Shown here piece by piece: positions 60,314-64,000 of a stretch of DNA of 64,000 nucleotides. Every line of letters begins with the position of its first letter. Positions within the stretch are counted from its first letter, which is position 1. A model generated the notes under the pieces. It searched no databases, had not been told where the DNA came from, and saw only the letters and a program-made list of their open reading frames with translations. The DNA comes from Lobosporangium transversale. Taxonomy: Eukaryota. The position numbers and the translations under genes are program-made. The stretch covers positions 1,550,001-1,614,000 of the forward strand of contig NW_019028979.1 of assembly GCF_002105155.1 (NCBI RefSeq). The letters run 5' to 3'.

Positions 60314-61951
60314 TTAAAAACCCACGTGGAAAGGACTGCTGGATATGTCGTATAAAATCTCATTTGCATCAAATATTTCAGACAACAAGTGCAGCCTACT
60401 CGGGTCCTTATTCATATTGCCATTCAAGTATTCTAACATTGGCCAATTGTTCACAATCCACCTCGCATCCTCAGCTTGGATCTGTTGATGAAAATCGCCT
60501 CTGAATTCTACATGTCTCAGATTTTTCAGGCCCGCCATTTTATCCAACCCGGCTATCAATCGAAGGTCCACTGTCCGCTTTCCATCATCGCCAGATCCTG
60601 TTAAATAAAGAGTCTTTAATCTCTTCAGCTTGCCCAGTTGGTTATAAACCATGCGTTGCTGTGCCAAAGCTTCTTCGGTTTCTCTTTCTGCTTTTACCCC
60701 TTCCCTCTCCTGAGTATCAAGATCGTATTCAAGGTCGATAATCAATTCTGTCAACTCAGTACTAACCCATTCTGCCCCATCGATAATTTCAGTCATTGTA
60801 ATTTTGCTTGCATATAAACTTGTAAGCTGTGGACAGCTCGACAAAATCGCCTGTGTCATGCCTCTCGATTCAACAGCGTATTGGTTGAATTCAAGCACTT
60901 CCAACATATCACAGAATCGTCTTGGCTCTTTGGTTCCCTCATCGTTCAAGTCCTTCGAGTCCTGAAGTCCTCTATCTCTCAGAAGCTCTTGGAGGCAAAG
61001 TGGTCCGAATTCACAATATGGTGCTTGGAGCCGTTTAAGTTGGGTCATCCGCCTAAGAACGGCCGCCATTTCTATATCGCTGAAGGGGACTCGTCTTAAA
61101 ATTAAATTTTGCAAGTGGGGCAGTGTCCATGGGTCTTGTAGAAATGCTGCTTTAATGAAATCATGGCTCATCTGCTCCTGCGAGTGAATACTCTGAAGAC
61201 AGTCTGTCTCATATGTCAATGTTCGTATATTTGGACACTTGCGAATAAGCATTCCGAGATAATACATTGAGGAATGTGGATGTGGATCTACTACTATGAC
61301 GTTACTGAGCTCCAAGGTGCGAATACGTGAAAGGAGAACATCGTTATCCTGGTCCAACAGATCAGTAGGTGGTTGCAGAAATATAATGGTGCGTAAGACT
61401 AAACATCGAAGTTTCTTGCAGACCCGAAAGAATGCATCAATATCCTCACCTCTTATCTGCTTATTATGGATAGTCAGGATATTAAGATTGGGACACATCA
61501 CGAGCACACCCCAAAGATCCTGATCTGAAAGCTCAGATGACTCCCCTATGTCCCATTCATATTCAACCTCCTGAATCGTGTTCTTATGGGCTCTAACTAG
61601 ATCTACAAAGGATCTCAACCTTTTAATATCAAGAGTGCTCCTCCCTCGCACCAGATACCGCACGATCCGGAGACTCTTGCATCCTCGTAAAGACATGAAT
61701 TCTTTCGGGAAGTAGCCAGAAAACTGAAGTTCTCCAATTAAATGCTTGTGGCGCTGAAGCACTTCGCCAGCAGGAAGCCTCTTCCGTTGTTGCAATCGGT
61801 GGCTTTTAATATCGATGCTTCTCCATACAAGTCTGATTAGTGTATCATGAAAAGTCTTCGAGACAGTGAGGCAGATTACGAGGTCCTTTCGAGTGAGAGA
61901 TGAGGCTAGCATCTCAATTATTTCCGGAATGTGTAATGGGTGTGGTTCCAT
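60314..61951 (-). CDS. F-box-like/LRR (RNI-like) protein, intact and intronless (alternative in-frame ATG at 61996)
   Basis: N-terminal HPLHIPEIIEMLASSLTRKDLVICLTVSKTFHDTLIRLVW (F-box-like), then CPNL/CPQL-type LRRs and C-terminal VYNQLGKLKRLKTL..LDLRL-type..GLDKMAGLKNL..NNWPML. Confidence 0.85.
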   Translation of the reverse strand: MEPHPLHIPEIIEMLASSLTRKDLVICLTVSKTFHDTLIRLVWRSIDIKSHRLQQRKRLPAGEVLQRHKHLIGELQFSGYFPKEFMSLRGCKSLRIVRYLVRGRSTLDIKRLRSFVDLVRAHKNTIQEVEYEWDIGESSELSDQDLWGVLVMCPNLNILTIHNKQIRGEDIDAFFRVCKKLRCLVLRTIIFLQPPTDLLDQDNDVLLSRIRTLELSNVIVVDPHPHSSMYYLGMLIRKCPNIRTLTYETDCLQSIHSQEQMSHDFIKAAFLQDPWTLPHLQNLILRRVPFSDIEMAAVLRRMTQLKRLQAPYCEFGPLCLQELLRDRGLQDSKDLNDEGTKEPRRFCDMLEVLEFNQYAVESRGMTQAILSSCPQLTSLYASKITMTEIIDGAEWVSTELTELIIDLEYDLDTQEREGVKAERETEEALAQQRMVYNQLGKLKRLKTLYLTGSGDDGKRTVDLRLIAGLDKMAGLKNLRHVEFRGDFHQQIQAEDARWIVNNWPMLEYLNGNMNKDPSRLHLLSEIFDANEILYDISSSPFHVGF

Positions 61952-62202
61952 TTTAAAATGAAATGGAGAAGAGAGAAGAATGAAATCTTTGTACATTTAG
62001 TGACGCCAAAAAAGGAGGCTAATATTATACTGTCTTACTAAGAGATGCCCAACCTCGAGCGTATTGCGAATGGTAGGAAACAGAACTCTCAGGTCTAAAA
62101 CGCTTGAAACTTTTCAAAAACAATCCTAATCAATCAGCAGAGTCCGAAGGAGTGGCATCGGTTGTAGAGGAATCTAGATATCGCAGATTCCATAGCTGAC
62201 AA

Positions 62203-63350
62203 ATGCCACACTATGAAAATCATCACCTCTTGGAGCTCTCAGAAATCATCTCGCGTATTGGCGTTTTTCTCAATCAAGATAACCTCTTGAATTATATATT
62301 TGTCAGCGACTTTCTGGCGAGGACTCTACATGCAATTTCAACTCAAGTTTACAGGAGCTATAGGAGGCAGTACTGGAATGTACCAATCTTAATTATTCAG
62401 GTGCCGCTGAAGTACAAATGAGTAGTGATGGAGTTTATCCATTGTTCAGCTGTTCAAGGAAGTTAGGGTCTTGTGCTTGTGTATAGTGATAATCCCTCGG
62501 CTTCCCGGTAACTTTTTGGCCAACAACGCGGACGAATTTATTTCCCCAAATTTAGTGTTGAAACCAGAGGGTCAAGCTTGCGCTCTTTTTGGTTAGACCC
62601 TTACAAATATAAATGGTTTACTTAACAAAATTCCTATAATTGAAAAGACTTTCCCCAGTATCCTTGCGCACTGACGAATATACCAGATCTGTCAATTTCT
62701 AATGTGGAAACAAAGGAGAAGAATATAGTAGGACTTCTCAGGCAGATGACCATGCTAAAAGATCTAGATGCGATTTCGGCCAGCTTTCTATGTGAGAACT
62801 ATTAGCAGTTAAGCAGGAGGGCCTGAAAGATGGACACAGGGTGTTAAGAAGTAAGGCCCTAGAGGCTCTATGAGTCGGTTACGTTAATGAAAGTCAATAC
62901 ACGAAGTAGTAGGTCTGAGGTATCGTACAAGCGATCTTATTCAACTGCCCACGTCCGAAACACCTGACTGGCTCTAAAACCATGATGGCAAGAATTGCTA
63001 ATAGTGCAGAATGGGCCAGCACTGACCTCATCAACTTGGACATCTTCCTCGAGGCCGACATAGATCAAGAGACTTCAGAAGCTATGGCAAAATGGCGCGC
63101 TGTGCTTAGACAGCTAGGCAAACTAGCCCGACTACAGTTTCTTAAATTGATAGGATATAGTTGGGTGGCTAGAAGAAAGCGAACACTGGGCCTGAGGCTC
63201 AGAACAGGTCTGGATGAACTAGTCTACCTGAAGAGCCTGAGAACATTGCTGTCTGAACATGGACGCCGGCAGAAGCAATCGGAAGAAGCAACATGGACCT
63301 GAACAATTGACCGAAAATGACATATATGGGTGGCTAGGCAAAATACTGGT
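62203..63350 (+). pseudogene. F-box/LRR(RNI-like) family pseudogene, head-to-head with the intact copy
   Basis: HLLELSEIISRIGVFLNQDNL at the start; AEWASTDL..FLEADIDQET..VLRQLGKLARLQFL..LRLRTGLDELVYLKSL near the end; middle region disrupted. Confidence 0.78.
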
Positions 63351-64000
63351 CGTTGGGGATTTATCTTGTTCGCAGAACACTATGACACAAATATGCGTGT
63401 TATTAAAGCAACTGGCGAATCCATGCTCAAGGAAATAAAAGCTGAATTATTACTTCAGGATCTTGTATGGTGGATAAAGCCTCCCAGTACATGTTTCCTG
63501 TGTTAAAAGCGACATTGTACTCGTACTAATAAAGGAAAGAAAAAAGGTCCTTATCGGTCATGTTACGGACCTAGTTACAACGGATGTGAGCTATAGCTGC
63601 CGAAAGCGATATAGAGGTATTTAGTGCTCTCGTTAAGCAGACTTAATCTCTTTTCTTCTTTTTTCAATCAGAAAAGCACCGTTCTATCAGATGTAGTTTT
63701 CTTGTTATCATGCTCTGATTATAGGCTGAAAGGATTAAAGATGCGATTTGGTCTAGTAGGAGGTCATGGCAAGAACAAAAAGTCGTTTGACTTTTTTCAA
63801 GTGAACAAGGTAGTGTTTTATTTCACTCATAAGGCTTGACCGCCCATTCAAGTCGACCAAGCATTCTATGAGATTTGTCAATCTACGTCCTCCTAATCTC
63901 TGAATCCGAACATAATGGATCCTGTGCTAGTATGGATAGCTCCCCATAATTGGTGTCATCTAGTGTGCTATTGATGGTGTCGTAACTGCTTTTCCAGTCC

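Noticed and set aside
63883..64000. Open minus-strand frame running off the window end
   Set aside because: Only ~38 codons with no recognisable motif; it cannot be called.

Overview
Eukaryotic, intron-containing fungal DNA. The gene families and intron style suggest an early-diverging fungus of the Mortierellaceae type; this is an inference and not a database match. The left ~36 kb holds mostly conserved housekeeping genes: a PP4R1-like HEAT protein (5'-truncated), a secreted Kelch protein, an ENA-type P-type ATPase, a Pho84-type phosphate transporter, RPL13, a DHA2-type MFS transporter with a 1-nt frameshift, a mitochondrial MAIP1/Tim44-like protein, RPS16 (GC-AG intron), a decayed MULE transposase, NDUFS5, an LRR/BC-box protein, DTWD1 and a HAD+2H 'Swiss Army Knife' RNA-repair-like protein. 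The right ~27 kb looks like a fast-evolving accessory block. It contains five co-oriented, intronless Kelch-ectodomain single-pass membrane protein genes (one a pseudogene) with unrelated low-complexity cytoplasmic tails. These are bracketed on both sides by four F-box/LRR(RNI-like) paralogues (three pseudogenised). The block also carries a full-length Tc1-like DD35E transposon, a putative 175-bp MITE and one MCT-type transporter. Exon boundaries were read by eye from splice signals and reading-frame continuity, and no searches were run.
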